From Burkholderiales bacterium (GTDB lineage Bacteria; Pseudomonadota; Gammaproteobacteria; Burkholderiales; SG8-39): DNA of 64,000 nucleotides. Under the pieces are notes generated by a model. It was not told the origin of the DNA. It did not search any database and saw only the letters and a list, made by a program, of their open reading frames with translations. The DNA is taken from the NCBI GenBank assembly GCA_050248795.1, contig JBFWRS010000001.1, positions 11,587-75,586 on the forward strand. The letters are read 5' to 3'. Position 1 is the first letter of the stretch. The number at the start of each line of letters is the position of its first letter. Of this stretch, positions 10,772 to 23,260 are shown piece after piece. A program made the translations under genes and the position numbers.

Positions 10772-11524
10772 ATGGCAAACAGGGTCGCAATCATCACCGG
10801 AGCGGGATCAGGCATCGGACGCGCGACGGCGCTCGCATTCCTCAAGGACGGCTGGTGCGTAGGCCTTGCGGGCCGGCGCGCCGAGGAGCTGGCGAAGACC
10901 AAGACGCAGGCCGGCGCGGACGGCGAGCGCGCGCTCGCGGTGCCCACCGACGTGGGCAACCCGGCGGCGGTGAAGAACCTGTTCGCGAAGACGGTCGAGG
11001 CCTTCGGCAGGCTGGATTTCCTCTTCAACAACGCCGGCATGGGCACGCCTGCGATCCCGCTGGAAGACCTGACCTACGAGCAGTGGAGCGCGGTGGTGGC
11101 AGCCAATCTCACCGGGCCGTTCCTGTGCACCCAGGAAGCCTTCCGCATCATGAAGGCGCAGTCGCCGCGCGGCGGGCGCATCGTCAACAACGGCTCCATC
11201 TCCGCGCACGCGCCGCGTCCGTTCTCGTCGCCCTACACCTCGACCAAGCACGCGATGAGCGGGCTTACCAAGTCGATCGCGCTGGACGGCCGCGCCCATG
11301 ACATTGCCGGCGGCCAGATCGACATCGGCAACGCCATCACAGAGATGACCGAGCGCATGACCAAGGGCGTGCCGCAGCCGAACGGCTCGACCCTGGTGGA
11401 GCCGCGCATGGACGTGAACCACGTTGCGCAGGCGGTGCTGCAGATGGCGAACCTGCCGCTGGAATCGAACATCCTCTTCATGACCATCATGGCCACGAAG
11501 ATGCCGTTCGTCGGCAGAGGCTGA
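10772..11524 (+). CDS. short-chain dehydrogenase/reductase (SDR)
   Basis: [10 protein letters not shown] cofactor motif, NNAG, and the YTSTKHA (YxxxK) catalytic motif. ATG at 10772 inside track ORF 10556..11524. Confidence 0.85.
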   Translation: MANRVAIITGAGSGIGRATALAFLKDGWCVGLAGRRAEELAKTKTQAGADGERALAVPTDVGNPAAVKNLFAKTVEAFGRLDFLFNNAGMGTPAIPLEDLTYEQWSAVVAANLTGPFLCTQEAFRIMKAQSPRGGRIVNNGSISAHAPRPFSSPYTSTKHAMSGLTKSIALDGRAHDIAGGQIDIGNAITEMTERMTKGVPQPNGSTLVEPRMDVNHVAQAVLQMANLPLESNILFMTIMATKMPFVGRG

Positions 11525-11553
11525 GCGCCTAACGAAGGCACCCAGGGGGTACG

Positions 11554-11602
11554 GGGGATTCGGGAGGGCCCCGCTGCTTTTGCGGAAGGGGCCCGAATCC
11601 CC
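11554..11602. terminator. imperfect long hairpin between convergent genes (possible bidirectional terminator)
   Basis: GGGGATTCGGG (11554-11564) is the reverse complement of CCCGAATCCCC (11592-11602). Inner CCCC/GGGG pairs are also possible, and the loop contains a T-run. Confidence 0.4.
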
Positions 11603-11605
11603 TGT

Positions 11606-12400
11606 TCAAGTCTTCGGCGGACCGGCGGTGCCGAGGCCGGTGCGGGTGGCCTCGGTGTCGATGATCGTCGTCGCCGCGACGTTCGCGATATTGAGGCCGG
11701 GGCCAAGCGCGGAGAACAGCGCCTTTTTCATGTCCTCGATGTCGCAGCTGCGTACGTCGCTGATCCACGGCCCGGGCAGCTCGATCATCACGCGGGACAT
11801 GTCCAGCGACTTCACCAGCAGGTCGACGGTGCGCTTGTGCAGCTTGCCGTTGCGGACCAGCTCCGCCGCCTCGACCAGCACCAGTGAGGCGCCGGCGGCA
11901 AAGCAGTCCTCGGCCTGCTTCACCAGCAGCGAGGGGTTGCTCAGCGTTTCCTTCGAGCCCACTTCGCCGTAGACCTCGAGCCCCGCCGCCACGGCGTTGC
12001 GGATCTGGCCGCGGCGCTGCGTCGGCGTAAGCGGCACGACGTTGTCGGAGATCTCGATCGCGGCAAAGCCGAGGGCGCGCGCCTCCTTGTAGTAGGCCGG
12101 CAGCGCCTTCGCTCCGAGCATCGCGAACACGTACTCGTGGAACTGGCCGCCGAGAAAGGGCTGGATGCGGTTCTTCCTGTACATGCGCAGCTTCGCCACC
12201 AGCTGCTCGCGCGGGTACAGGCGCGCAGTGCCGGTCTTGATCTTCGCCAGGTCGATGTACGCACCGGCGAGTGCGACGAGATCCTTCGCCGCGCCCAGCG
12301 GCATGCCGTCGTCGATCACCATGGTGCGCCCGGTCGTGCGCGGCTTCTTCAGCGGACGCCCCGCGGGCATGGGGACAAAATGAAATGGCGGCTTACGCAT
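11606..12400 (-). CDS. (2R)-phospho-3-sulfolactate synthase (ComA) family protein
   Basis: 264 aa with YIDLAKIKTGTARLY...FLGGQFHEY...AIEISDN, which resembles the ComA family aldolase-type TIM barrel. Confidence 0.75.
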   Translation of the reverse strand: MRKPPFHFVPMPAGRPLKKPRTTGRTMVIDDGMPLGAAKDLVALAGAYIDLAKIKTGTARLYPREQLVAKLRMYRKNRIQPFLGGQFHEYVFAMLGAKALPAYYKEARALGFAAIEISDNVVPLTPTQRRGQIRNAVAAGLEVYGEVGSKETLSNPSLLVKQAEDCFAAGASLVLVEAAELVRNGKLHKRTVDLLVKSLDMSRVMIELPGPWISDVRSCDIEDMKKALFSALGPGLNIANVAATTIIDTEATRTGLGTAGPPKT

Positions 12401-12446
12401 TGACCCTCCTGTTGAGCATAATGCTAGCAGTCAAAGTGGAGAAAAA

Positions 12447-13895
12447 ATGGCAAAAGCGCGAAACGTCCTGGTCATCATGTCCGACGAGCACAACCCGAGG
12501 GTACTCGGCTGCGCAGGGCATCCGGTGATCCACACGCCGCACCTCGACGCGCTCGCCGCGCGCGGCACGATGTTCTCCTCTGCCTACACCACCAGTCCGG
12601 TGTGCATCCCGGCGCGCGCGGGCTTCGCCTGCGGCAAGTACATCCACCAGATCGGCTACTGGGACAATGCCGACGCCTACGATGGCGCAACGCCGTCCTG
12701 GCATCACATGCTGCGCGACAGCGGGCACCGCACGGTGTCGATCGGCAAGCTCCACTTCCGCGCGCCGGGCGAGGACCACGGATTTTCGGAAGAGCAGATC
12801 CCGATGCACATCTACGAGGCCAAGGGCGACCTGCTCGGGCTGATCCGCGACGACATGCCCAGGCGCGGCAACTCGAAGAAGATGGCCGCGATGGCCGGGC
12901 CCGGCGAATCGACCTACACCTTCTACGACAAGGACATCTGCTCGCGCGCGCAGGTCTGGCTGCACGAGGAGGCGACCAAGCCCGGCGACAAGCCCTGGGT
13001 GCTGTTCGTCTCCTTCGTCGCACCGCACTTCCCGCTCACCGCGCCGCCGGAGCACTACTACCGCTACTGGAACCGGGAACTGCCGATGCCGCTGCTGTAC
13101 GCGCGCGAGCACCGGCCCCGGCACCCTTACCTGGAGGAGTACGGCCGGACCTTCTGTTACGACGATTTCTTCGAGTCCGAGGCGGACGTAAAGCGCGCGC
13201 TGTCGGGCTACTTCGGGCTGGTGTCCTACCTCGACGAGCACGTCGGCAAGGTGCTGACGGCGCTGGAGGAAACCGGGCTCGCGCGCGACACGGTGGTGAT
13301 GTACACCAGCGACCATGGCGACAACCTCGGCGCGCGCGGACTGTGGGGCAAGTCGACCATGTACGAGCAGATCGCCGGCGTGCCGATGATCCTCGCCGGT
13401 CCGGACATCCCGCGCGGCCGCAGGGTCGACACCCCGGTCAGCCACGTCGATGCGCTGCCCACCATCCTGGAGGCCGCGGGAGAGCAGGTGCCGCCCGGCT
13501 TCCCCGGCGTATCGCTGCACGCCATCGCGCACGGCGCCACGCCCGAGCGCACGGTGCTGTCCGAGTATCACGGCATGGGTTCGTCCACCGCCGCCTTCGC
13601 CATCCGCGTCGGCAAGTGGAAGTACGTGCACTACGCCAAGTACCCGCCGCAGCTGTTCGACCTCGAGGACGATCCGGACGAGATCCACGACCTCGCCGCG
13701 GATCCCGGCCATGCCACGACGCTGGAGGACTGCCGCAGGAAGCTCTACGCGATGCTGGACCCCGAGGAAGTGGATCGGCGCGCGAAGGCGCGGCAGGCCG
13801 AGCTGCTGGCCGCGAACGGCGGCCGCGAGGCGGTGATCAAGCGCGGCGACTTCGGCTTCACCCCGGCGCCGGGCACCGTGGCGGACTTCAAGTAG
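12447..13895 (+). CDS. sulfatase (formylglycine-dependent, choline/aryl-sulfatase-like)
   Basis: N-terminal NVLVIMSDEH and the sulfatase signature SPVCIPARAG (CxPxR). No signal peptide seen. Confidence 0.85.
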   Translation: MAKARNVLVIMSDEHNPRVLGCAGHPVIHTPHLDALAARGTMFSSAYTTSPVCIPARAGFACGKYIHQIGYWDNADAYDGATPSWHHMLRDSGHRTVSIGKLHFRAPGEDHGFSEEQIPMHIYEAKGDLLGLIRDDMPRRGNSKKMAAMAGPGESTYTFYDKDICSRAQVWLHEEATKPGDKPWVLFVSFVAPHFPLTAPPEHYYRYWNRELPMPLLYAREHRPRHPYLEEYGRTFCYDDFFESEADVKRALSGYFGLVSYLDEHVGKVLTALEETGLARDTVVMYTSDHGDNLGARGLWGKSTMYEQIAGVPMILAGPDIPRGRRVDTPVSHVDALPTILEAAGEQVPPGFPGVSLHAIAHGATPERTVLSEYHGMGSSTAAFAIRVGKWKYVHYAKYPPQLFDLEDDPDEIHDLAADPGHATTLEDCRRKLYAMLDPEEVDRRAKARQAELLAANGGREAVIKRGDFGFTPAPGTVADFK

Positions 13896-13901
13896 CCGCG
13901 G

Positions 13902-14096
13902 CTACTCGCTTTCCTCGATCCACATCATCTGGATCGCCTCGAGGATCTTCTCGCCCGAGTGGTTCGGGTCATCGTCGAATCCGGGCAGCGCCAGCACCCA
14001 CTGGCGCAGGTCGGTAAAGCGCACAGTCTTCGGATCGACGTCGGGATGCGCCTCGGTGAGCGCGATCGCGATGTCGCGCGAGTCGGTCCATTTCAT
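13902..14096 (-). CDS. iscX: Fe-S assembly protein IscX
   Basis: 64 aa, [38 protein letters not shown] overlap with the fdx stop. Confidence 0.9.
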   Translation of the reverse strand: MKWTDSRDIAIALTEAHPDVDPKTVRFTDLRQWVLALPGFDDDPNHSGEKILEAIQMMWIEESE

Positions 14097-14434
14097 GAGT
14101 TCAGCTCGCGGGCGTGGTTGATGGTGTACTTGGGGATCTCGATGACGAGGTCCTTGTCCGCCATTCTTGCCTGGCAGGAAAGCCGGGAGTTCGCTTCCAG
14201 CCCCCAGGCCTTGTCCAGCATGTCCTCTTCCTTTTCCTCCGCCTCGGCGAGCGAGTCGAAGCCTTCGCGCACGACGACATGGCAGGTGGTGCACGCGCAG
14301 GACTTCTCGCAGGCATGCTCGATGGCGATTCCGTGTTCCAGCAGCGCGTCGCACAGCGACCCGCCCGCAGGCACCTCGAACTCCGCCCCCTGCGGGCACA
14401 GCTGCTGATGCGGCAGTACCTTGAGCTTCGGCAT
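14093..14434 (-). CDS. fdx: ISC-system [2Fe-2S] ferredoxin
   Basis: MPKLKVLPH...[14 protein letters not shown]...SRLSCQ cysteine pattern, in isc context. Confidence 0.95.
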   Translation of the reverse strand: MPKLKVLPHQQLCPQGAEFEVPAGGSLCDALLEHGIAIEHACEKSCACTTCHVVVREGFDSLAEAEEKEEDMLDKAWGLEANSRLSCQARMADKDLVIEIPKYTINHARELNS

Positions 14435-14436
14435 GC

Positions 14437-16305
<1,869 letters not shown>

Positions 16306-16329
16306 GATGCTCCTATGGGTGGAACGCAC

Positions 16330-16857
16330 TCATGCGCCAGCCTCGATCTCGTCGTGCATGGCGTCTATCTCGTCCTCGAGGCGTTCGAGAAACTTCAGCT
16401 TGCGCACCAGGCCGCTGGCGCCAGCGTAGTCGTGCTCGCGGTCTATCAGCGCGCCCACGTCGGCCTCGATGCCGCGCCGCAGCACGGCGAGTTCGGCACG
16501 CAGCGCATCGAGCGCTGCGGCGTCCTTCTTCGCCGCCGCCTCCTCGAGGCTCTCGCGCAACTCCATTTGCTGCACAAGGAACTCGCCCGGCATCGCGGTA
16601 TTGGTCTCGAAACCCACGTCCACCCCATTCAGCTCGAGCAGGTACTTCGCGCGCGCAAGCGGGTCCTTCAGCGTCCGATAGGCCTCGTTCGCCCGCGTGG
16701 TCCACTGCATCGCCGCGCGCCTGTCGGCGTCGCCGGCGCTGGCGTGGCGATCCGGGTGGACCTGCGCCTGGATCTCGCGGTATGCGCGCTCCAGCAACTG
16801 GGCGTCGAGCGCGAAGGCCGGCTCGAGGCCGAAGAGTTCAAAGTGGTTCCGCATCAC
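16330..16857 (-). CDS. hscB: co-chaperone HscB
   Basis: J-domain with HPD (NHFELFGLEP...QVHPDR), in isc context. Confidence 0.95.
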   Translation of the reverse strand: MMRNHFELFGLEPAFALDAQLLERAYREIQAQVHPDRHASAGDADRRAAMQWTTRANEAYRTLKDPLARAKYLLELNGVDVGFETNTAMPGEFLVQQMELRESLEEAAAKKDAAALDALRAELAVLRRGIEADVGALIDREHDYAGASGLVRKLKFLERLEDEIDAMHDEIEAGA

Positions 16858-16933
16858 CGTTGCAGCGACGTCTCACGCGCCTCCGCATGCGCATCCCGCA
16901 TGTCGGCCGGCAGCGCGAGCGTCGTGCAATCTG

Positions 16934-17257
16934 CTAGACGTTGAAGCTTTCCCCGCAGCCGCACTCGTCCTTCACGTTGGGGTTGCGGAACTTGAAACCC
17001 TCGTTCAGCCCTTCGCGGGTGTAGTCGAGCTCGGTGCCATCTATGTACGGCAGGCTCTTCGGGTCCACCAGCACCCGCACGCCGTGGCTCTCGAACTGCA
17101 CGTCCTCGGGCGACGCCTGGTCGGCAAACTCGAGCTTGTAGGCAAGTCCCGAGCATCCGGTCGTGCGCACGCCCAGGCGCAGGCCGTAGCCCTTGCCGCG
17201 CTTCTGCATGAAGCCCTGGACGTGGTTGGCGGCCTTCTCGGTAAGCGTGATCGACAT
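16934..17257 (-). CDS. iscA: Fe-S cluster assembly protein IscA
   Basis: 107 aa with GCSGLAY...CGCGESF. Confidence 0.95.
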   Translation of the reverse strand: MSITLTEKAANHVQGFMQKRGKGYGLRLGVRTTGCSGLAYKLEFADQASPEDVQFESHGVRVLVDPKSLPYIDGTELDYTREGLNEGFKFRNPNVKDECGCGESFNV

Positions 17258-17262
17258 GGCTT

Positions 17263-17673
17263 TCAGGCCGCCTCTGTTTCAGCCTTCTGCGGCGCGCCGT
17301 GCTTCTTGCGGTAGTCCTCGACCGCGGCCTTGATGGCGTCCTCCGCGAGGATGGAGCAGTGGATCTTCACCGGCGGCAGCGCGAGTTCCTCGGCGATCTG
17401 CGTGTTCTTGATCGTCGCCGCCTCGTCCAGCGTCTTGCCCTTGACCCATTCGGTCACCAGCGAGGACGATGCGATCGCCGAGCCGCAGCCATAGGTCTTG
17501 AAGCGCGCGTCCTCGATGACGCCGTCAGGCCCCACCTTGATCTGAAGTTTCATCACGTCGCCGCAGGCCGGGGCGCCGACCATGCCGGTGCCCACGGACT
17601 CGTCGCCCTTTTCGAAGGCGCCGACGTTGCGCGGATTTTCGTAGTGATCGATGACCTTGTCGCTGTATGCCAT
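17263..17673 (-). CDS. iscU: Fe-S cluster scaffold IscU
   Basis: [18 protein letters not shown]...[11 protein letters not shown]...[11 protein letters not shown]...LPPVKIHCS. Confidence 0.95.
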   Translation of the reverse strand: MAYSDKVIDHYENPRNVGAFEKGDESVGTGMVGAPACGDVMKLQIKVGPDGVIEDARFKTYGCGSAIASSSLVTEWVKGKTLDEAATIKNTQIAEELALPPVKIHCSILAEDAIKAAVEDYRKKHGAPQKAETEAA

Positions 17674-17683
17674 TTTCAGTACC

Positions 17684-18901
17684 TCAATGTGCGGCCCACT
17701 GGACCGAGTTCAAGTCTACGCCATCCTTGTACATTTCCCAGAGCGGCGACATCTCGCGCAGCTTGCCCACCTTCGACTTCACGTGATCGATGGTGTAGGC
17801 GACCTCTTCCTCGGTGGTAAAGCGCCCGAGCGTGAAGCGGATCGAGGAATGCGCGAGTTCGTCCGAGCGCCCCAGCGCGCGCAGCACGTACGAGGGCTCG
17901 AGCGAAGCCGAGGTGCACGCCGAGCCCGAGGACACCGCGATGTCCTTGACTGCCATGATCAGCGACTCGCCCTCGACGAAGTTGAAGCTGACGTTCAGGT
18001 TGTGCGGCACGCGCCGCTCGAGGTCGCCGTTGACGAACACCTCTTCCATCTGCTGCAGGCCGCCGAGCAGCTTCCCGCGCAGCATCCTGATGCGCTCGTT
18101 CTCCACCGCCATCTCGAGCCTCGCCAGTCGGAACGCCTCGCCCATGCCGGCGATCTGGTGCGTCGCCAGCGTCCCGGAACGAAAGCCCCTCTCGTGGCCG
18201 CCGCCGTGAATCTGCGCTTCCAGCCGCACGCGCGGCTTCCTGCGCACGTACAGCGCGCCCACGCCCTTGGGGCCGTAGGTCTTGTGCGCCGAGAACGACA
18301 TCAGGTCCACCTTCAGCGCGGCGAGGTCTATGGCGACCTTGCCCGTGGCCTGCGCGCTGTCGACGTGGAAGATGATCCCTTTCGAACGGCAGATCTCCGC
18401 CATCGCGGGGATGTCCTGGATGACGCCGATTTCGTTGTTCACGTACACCACCGAGGCAAGGATGGTGTCGGGGCGCAGCGCCGCCTTGAACCGGTCCAGG
18501 TCGACAATGCCGTCGGCGTCCACGTCGAGGTAAGTCGCCTCGAAGCCGCGCCGTTCCAGCTCCCGTACCGTGTCCAGCGTCGCCTTGTGCTCGGTCTTCA
18601 CCGTGACGATGTGCCTGCCCTTGGACTTGTAGAACTCCGCTGCACCCTTCAGCGCCAGGTTGATCGACTCGGTGGCGCCGGAGGTCCAGACGATCTCCTT
18701 CGCGTCGCAGTTCACCAGCCGCGCGACGTTCTCGCGCGCCTCCTCCACCGCTTCCTCGGCCTTCCAGCCGAATACGTGCGAGCGGCTCGCGGGATTGCCG
18801 AAATCCTCGCGGATGTACTGGATCATCTTGTCGGCGACACGCGGGTCTACCGGCGTGGTGGCCGAGTAATCCAGATAGATCGGCAGCTTCAGCGCGCTCA
18901 T
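17684..18901 (-). CDS. iscS: cysteine desulfurase IscS
   Basis: Starts at ATG 18901 ([22 protein letters not shown]). Contains the PLP-lysine region [12 protein letters not shown] and the active-site loop SSGSACTS. The track ORF runs further upstream into iscR. Confidence 0.95.
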   Translation of the reverse strand: MSALKLPIYLDYSATTPVDPRVADKMIQYIREDFGNPASRSHVFGWKAEEAVEEARENVARLVNCDAKEIVWTSGATESINLALKGAAEFYKSKGRHIVTVKTEHKATLDTVRELERRGFEATYLDVDADGIVDLDRFKAALRPDTILASVVYVNNEIGVIQDIPAMAEICRSKGIIFHVDSAQATGKVAIDLAALKVDLMSFSAHKTYGPKGVGALYVRRKPRVRLEAQIHGGGHERGFRSGTLATHQIAGMGEAFRLARLEMAVENERIRMLRGKLLGGLQQMEEVFVNGDLERRVPHNLNVSFNFVEGESLIMAVKDIAVSSGSACTSASLEPSYVLRALGRSDELAHSSIRFTLGRFTTEEEVAYTIDHVKSKVGKLREMSPLWEMYKDGVDLNSVQWAAH

Positions 18902-19377
18902 ACCGCTTCCGCCAGTTCGGGATTCTGCGATGACTTGCTCGCGCGCAGGTCCACCAGCACGGCAACCTGCTTGCCGCTCTGGTGCGCGACCAGGTCGGCC
19001 AGCGTCACCGACGCAAGGTACTCGTAGATCTTCTCGTTCAGCCGCGTCCACAGGTCATGCGTCATGCAGCGCTTGTCGTCGTGGCAGTTCTCCTTGCCGC
19101 CACAACTGGTGGCATCCAGCGGCTCGTCCACGGCGACGATGATTTCGGCGACGGAAATGTCCTGCGCGGCCATGGCGAGGTTGTACCCGCCTCCTGGCCC
19201 GCGCACGCTGTTCACCAGCTTGCGGCGGCGCAGCTTGCCGAACAGTTGCTCGAGGTACGACAGCGAGATCCGCTGCCTTTCGCTGATCCCGGCGAGCGTC
19301 ACCGGCCCGCGCGACTGCCGCATGGCCACGTCCACCATCGCCGTCACTGCGAACCGTCCTTTTGTCGTCAGCCTCAT
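18898..19377 (-). CDS. iscR: Fe-S cluster assembly transcriptional regulator IscR (Rrf2 family)
   Basis: [18 protein letters not shown]... wHTH, cluster-ligand cysteines in [19 protein letters not shown]. 4-nt overlap with the iscS start. Confidence 0.95.
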   Translation of the reverse strand: MRLTTKGRFAVTAMVDVAMRQSRGPVTLAGISERQRISLSYLEQLFGKLRRRKLVNSVRGPGGGYNLAMAAQDISVAEIIVAVDEPLDATSCGGKENCHDDKRCMTHDLWTRLNEKIYEYLASVTLADLVAHQSGKQVAVLVDLRASKSSQNPELAEAV

Positions 19378-19390
19378 GCAGACTCCCTCA

Positions 19391-19415
19391 ATACCCGATT
19401 AACGGGCTCAACTAT
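19391..19415. promoter_or_regulatory. candidate type-1 IscR box upstream of iscR
   Basis: ATACCCGATTAACGGGCTCAACTAT. Its half-sites ATACCCGATT and ATAGTTGAGC (reverse complement) match the remembered half-site ATASYYGACT at about 9/10 and 8/10. It lies 14 nt upstream of the iscR start codon in a low-GC 86-bp intergenic region. Confidence 0.4.
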
Positions 19416-19463
19416 AACAAAGACCCACGGAAAACGTCAACTATTCAAGCCATTGATTAAAAG

Positions 19464-20165
19464 CTATTTCACCACGCGAAGCGGGCTGGATTCGCGCTCC
19501 GACTCGAGCCGGGACAGCTTCTCGCTGAGCGCCGCGAGCGCATGTTCCAGCTCCTGTGAATGCGCCACCAGCGACTGGATCGCCTTGGCATATGGATCGT
19601 CCTGCCCCTGCACGACCGCATAGGCGGCGAAGCGTTCGGCCTGGGTAGCGCCGCCCTCGACGATGCGGCCCGGAATGCCCACCACGGTGGCGCCCGCCGG
19701 GACTTCCTTCACCACGACCGCGTTCGACCCGATCTTCGCGCCCGCGCCGACATTGAAGCCGCCCAGCACCTTAGCGCCCGCACCGACGACGACGCCGGCG
19801 CCGAGCGTCGGATGGCGCTTGGTGCCCCGATACAGCGACGTGCCGCCCAGCGTCACGCCCTGGTAGATGGTGGCGCCGTCGCCGACCTCGGCGGTTTCGC
19901 CTATCACCACGCCCATACCGTGATCGATGAACACGCGCCGGCCGATCACCGCCCCGGGATGGATCTCGATGCCGGTGAGCCAGCGGCCGAACTGGGAGAT
20001 GACCCGGCCCAGCCAGCGCAATCGCCGCCGCCAGAACCAGTGCGCGAACTTGTGCACGTAAATGGCGTGCAAGCCCGGGTAGCAGGTCAGCACCTCGAAG
20101 GCGGAACGTGCCGCGGGGTCGCGCGCCATGATGCTGGCAATGTCTTCGCGCAGGCGCCTGAACAT
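19464..20165 (-). CDS. cysE: serine O-acetyltransferase
   Basis: [28 protein letters not shown] followed by hexapeptide repeats [32 protein letters not shown]. Confidence 0.9.
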   Translation of the reverse strand: MFRRLREDIASIMARDPAARSAFEVLTCYPGLHAIYVHKFAHWFWRRRLRWLGRVISQFGRWLTGIEIHPGAVIGRRVFIDHGMGVVIGETAEVGDGATIYQGVTLGGTSLYRGTKRHPTLGAGVVVGAGAKVLGGFNVGAGAKIGSNAVVVKEVPAGATVVGIPGRIVEGGATQAERFAAYAVVQGQDDPYAKAIQSLVAHSQELEHALAALSEKLSRLESERESSPLRVVK

Positions 20166-20203
20166 GCTTGAATTCTAATTTACCCGACGAATGTGATCAA
20201 CTA

Positions 20204-20926
20204 TTATTTCCCCTTTCTGGTCAATGACTTGAGCAGCCCACGCAGAATGTTCACCTCTTCGCGCTCGAGCGCTGCGCGCGAGAACATGCGGCGAAAACGC
20301 TCGCGCAGGCGCTTGGGTTCGGCAGGGTCGAAAAACCCGCTGTCGGCGGCGACCTGCTCGAGGTGCGCGTACAAGCCCTCGAGGTCCTCGACCGTCGCGG
20401 GCTTCTCCTCACGCGGCGGCGGCACCTTCCCCTCCCCGGCGGCGCAGCGCAGTTCGTAGGCCACCACCTGCACCGCCTGCGCGAGGTTCAGGGAGGTGTA
20501 CGCGGGATCGGCCGGAATGTGCACCAGTACCTGGCAGGCGAGCAGTTCCTCGTTGGTCAGGCCCGCAGTCTCGTTGCCGAACACAAACGCGATCGGCCCG
20601 GCCTGCGCGCGCGACAAGGCCGGCGCGGCCGCTTCGCGCACGGACTTCACCTCCAGCGACCACTCGCGCGGGCGTGCCGTGAGTCCGTACGCGGCTGCGC
20701 AGTCGCCTATCGCCTCGACCAGCGTTCCATGAATGCGCGCCGCGTGCAGCACATCCACGGCGCTGCTCGCCAGCCACTCCGCCTCCGGTGCCGGATAGCG
20801 CTCAGGCGCCACGAGCCGCAGGTCGGCAAGCCCCATGTTCTTCATCGCCCGTGCGGCCGATCCGATGTTTCCCGGATGGCTGGGCCGGCACAGCACTACG
20901 CGCACGCGTTCCAGTATCGATGGCAT
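20204..20926 (-). CDS. trmJ: tRNA (cytidine/uridine-2'-O-)-methyltransferase TrmJ (SpoU class)
   Basis: [25 protein letters not shown]...[10 protein letters not shown]...[16 protein letters not shown]. Conserved position next to suhB/cysE. Confidence 0.85.
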   Translation of the reverse strand: MPSILERVRVVLCRPSHPGNIGSAARAMKNMGLADLRLVAPERYPAPEAEWLASSAVDVLHAARIHGTLVEAIGDCAAAYGLTARPREWSLEVKSVREAAAPALSRAQAGPIAFVFGNETAGLTNEELLACQVLVHIPADPAYTSLNLAQAVQVVAYELRCAAGEGKVPPPREEKPATVEDLEGLYAHLEQVAADSGFFDPAEPKRLRERFRRMFSRAALEREEVNILRGLLKSLTRKGK

Positions 20927-20964
20927 GCGCGCAGTGTACCCAGAGTAGAATGCGCGCCTCCCAT

Positions 20965-21744
20965 ATGCATCCAGTCCTCAATATCGCCGTAAAGGCCGCG
21001 CGGCGCGCGGGCGCCGTGATCGCGCGCGCGTCGATGGACGGCACCGCGCTGGAAGTGCACTCGAAGCGCGCGAACGATTTCGTCACCCAGGTGGACAAGG
21101 CAGCAGAGGCCGCCGCGATCGACATCATCCGCAAGGCATACCCGGATCACGGCATCCTCGCCGAGGAATCCGGCGAGAGCGCCGATGCGTCCAGGGCGGA
21201 GTACCTGTGGATCATCGATCCGCTGGATGGCACCACCAATTTCATCCACGGCTTTCCGCAGTACTGCGTGTCGATCGGCGTGCAGCATCGCGGCGTAATG
21301 ATCCAGGCGGTGGTGTACGACCCGAACAAGAACGAACTCTTCACCGCGACCCGCGGGCGCGGCGCGTTCCTCAACGACCGGCGGATCCGCGTCACGCGCT
21401 GCATCCGGCTCGCCGACGCGCTGGTTGCCACCGGATTCCCGTTCAAGGAACTGTCGCGCATCGACCGCTACATGGCGCAGCTACGCACCGTGATGACCTC
21501 GTCGGCAGGCATGCGCCGCGCAGGTTCCGCGGCGCTGGACCTCGCCTACGTTGCCGCCGGGCGCTTCGACGCGTTCTGGGAACTGGGACTGTCCAAATGG
21601 GACATGGCGGCGGGATCGCTGCTCATCACTGAAGCCGGCGGCCTGGTCGCCGACCCGCAGGGCGGGCAGGAGTTCATGGAATCCGGCGACATCGTCGCCG
21701 GCACGCCCAAGGTATTCGCACAGTTGCTGGAGGCGCTGAAATGA
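20965..21744 (+). CDS. suhB: inositol monophosphatase family protein SuhB
   Basis: [16 protein letters not shown]...LAEESG...[12 protein letters not shown]...[13 protein letters not shown] at 20965 within track ORF 20788..21744. Confidence 0.9.
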   Translation: MHPVLNIAVKAARRAGAVIARASMDGTALEVHSKRANDFVTQVDKAAEAAAIDIIRKAYPDHGILAEESGESADASRAEYLWIIDPLDGTTNFIHGFPQYCVSIGVQHRGVMIQAVVYDPNKNELFTATRGRGAFLNDRRIRVTRCIRLADALVATGFPFKELSRIDRYMAQLRTVMTSSAGMRRAGSAALDLAYVAAGRFDAFWELGLSKWDMAAGSLLITEAGGLVADPQGGQEFMESGDIVAGTPKVFAQLLEALK

Positions 21745-22019
21745 AGCTGCGCATCATGGTTCTCGCTGCCGCGCTGCTGCTCGCGGCCTGCGGCTCGAAG
21801 CTGAGCGAGGAGAACTTCGCCAAGGTGAAGGAAGGCATGAGCGAGCAGGAAGTCATCGCCATACTCGGCACGCCTGCCGAAACGAACAGCGTGCAGATCC
21901 TCGCCGTGTCCGGCACCTCGTCGACCTGGAAGGACGACACTGCGACGGTGTCGATCCAGTTCGTCAACGGCCAGGTACGGCTGAAGTCCTACTCGAAAGC
22001 GCGGGCCGCCGCTAAGTAG
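21741..22019 (+). CDS. small lipoprotein (BamE/SmpA-OmlA-like fold likely)
   Basis: Lipobox LLLAACG and [16 protein letters not shown] wording. ATGA overlap with suhB. Confidence 0.65.
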   Translation: MKLRIMVLAAALLLAACGSKLSEENFAKVKEGMSEQEVIAILGTPAETNSVQILAVSGTSSTWKDDTATVSIQFVNGQVRLKSYSKARAAAK

Positions 22020-22560
22020 CGTCGATGCCGCGCCGTTCGCGCATCGCGCGACCGACGACGGCGAGTTCCGCGTCGGTCAGCAGGCGCGCCGCCATCGGCA
22101 GCAGCTCGCTTTCCTCGCGCGCGATGTGGCGCTCGTAGAGCCCCGCCAGCGCCGCCACGTCCTCCTGCGGCAGGGACACCGGGTTTCCGGCGGCAATCTG
22201 CGCGAGCGGCCCTCGCACCCGCGCCCACAGGATCTCCAGTTCGCGATGCTCAGCGCTGAGCGCCGCGGTGAGCTCGCGGATGCACACCGCGTCCGAGCCG
22301 GCCATCGCCTCGATGAGCGCGGGGAACAGATCCTCTTCCTCGTCCGCGTGATGCTGCGCGCCGGAGGTATCGAAGTAGCGCATCACGCGCGCCGCCGCCG
22401 CGCGCGCTTCGTCGTCGGCGCCATGCGCGGCAACGTGCGGCACCAGCCGTCGCAGCGTCGCGCACTGGCGTTCGACGCGGCCATGGCAGGCAGCAAGCAT
22501 TTCCAGCGGCGCTTCCGGGCCGGCCGCGGGCGTAGGGAATCCGGGAAAATCGTCGCTCAT
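22012..22560 (-). CDS. hemerythrin-domain protein
   Basis: Starts at ATG 22560 (MSDDFPG...). Contains LAACHGRVE...HHADEEEDLFPAL...HIAREESELLP (HHE cation-binding type). Confidence 0.7.
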   Translation of the reverse strand: MSDDFPGFPTPAAGPEAPLEMLAACHGRVERQCATLRRLVPHVAAHGADDEARAAAARVMRYFDTSGAQHHADEEEDLFPALIEAMAGSDAVCIRELTAALSAEHRELEILWARVRGPLAQIAAGNPVSLPQEDVAALAGLYERHIAREESELLPMAARLLTDAELAVVGRAMRERRGIDAT

Positions 22561-22666
22561 CTGCCTGGATCGCCTGTCGTGCCCCGCCGGAAGCATCACG
22601 TGTATCGGAGTGTAAATCATGTAAAACCGCTCGACGTTCGATTGTCGCGTGCGTCAAATAGGCATC

Positions 22667-23143
22667 ATGAAAAACATCGCGAAATCCAAGGCAGCACTGG
22701 CGCTGGTCGCGACAGCCGCGATCGGCTTGTGCATCCCCGCGTACGCGGCGCCGCCGGCAAAGTATCGCCATGGCGGGCAACAGGTGCAGCACTCGCACCG
22801 TGCGCCCGCGCATCGGGCGCCGCAGCGGCACCCGCGCCATGATCGGGATGGCGGTTCCGGGCTCGGCGTGCTGCTCGGCATCGCCGCGCTGGGCGCGCTG
22901 ATCATCGCCTCGCAGGCGGATGACGAGCCCGTGCCGGCGCCGGCGTATGGACCGCAATACGGACCCCGATATGCGCCGCAATCGGTCCCGCCGGCGGTCT
23001 ACGGCCCGACCGCCCCGCCGCCGCCTGTCGTGGAGCAGCGACTGCCCGCAGGCTACTGGTACTACTGCGCCGAGGCCAACGCCTACTATCCACAGATACA
23101 GCACTGCGACGGCGGCTGGCAGCAGGTCGCGCCGAACCGCTGA
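22667..23143 (+). CDS. secreted Pro/His-rich hypothetical protein with C-terminal YWYYC...YYP...C.GGW motif
   Basis: Signal peptide MKNIAKSKAALALVATAAIGLCIPAYA, one internal hydrophobic helix, and a Cys-pair C-terminal motif that I have seen in betaproteobacterial hypotheticals. Confidence 0.55.
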   Translation: MKNIAKSKAALALVATAAIGLCIPAYAAPPAKYRHGGQQVQHSHRAPAHRAPQRHPRHDRDGGSGLGVLLGIAALGALIIASQADDEPVPAPAYGPQYGPRYAPQSVPPAVYGPTAPPPPVVEQRLPAGYWYYCAEANAYYPQIQHCDGGWQQVAPNR

Positions 23144-23162
23144 CGCCTCTGGCACGCCACCG

Positions 23163-23196
23163 CCTGCGCTTGGTGCGAAAGCGCACCAAGCGCAGG
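23163..23196 (+). terminator. perfect 15-bp stem / 4-nt loop hairpin after 22667..23143
   Basis: CCTGCGCTTGGTGCG-AAAG-CGCACCAAGCGCAGG. It is followed by a pyrimidine-rich stretch (ttcctttcc) rather than a clean U-tract. Confidence 0.45.
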
Positions 23197-23260
23197 AACT
23201 GCTTCCTTTCCCGCCTGTCTGCCAGCAGCACAATCGACCTTTGACCGGGAAGGAAGGAAC

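Noticed and set aside
13893-13904. 12-bp palindrome TAGCCGCGGCTA between the sulfatase and iscX stops as a terminator
   Set aside because: The stem is too short, there is no loop or U-tract, and it overlaps both stop codons. It is probably coincidental.
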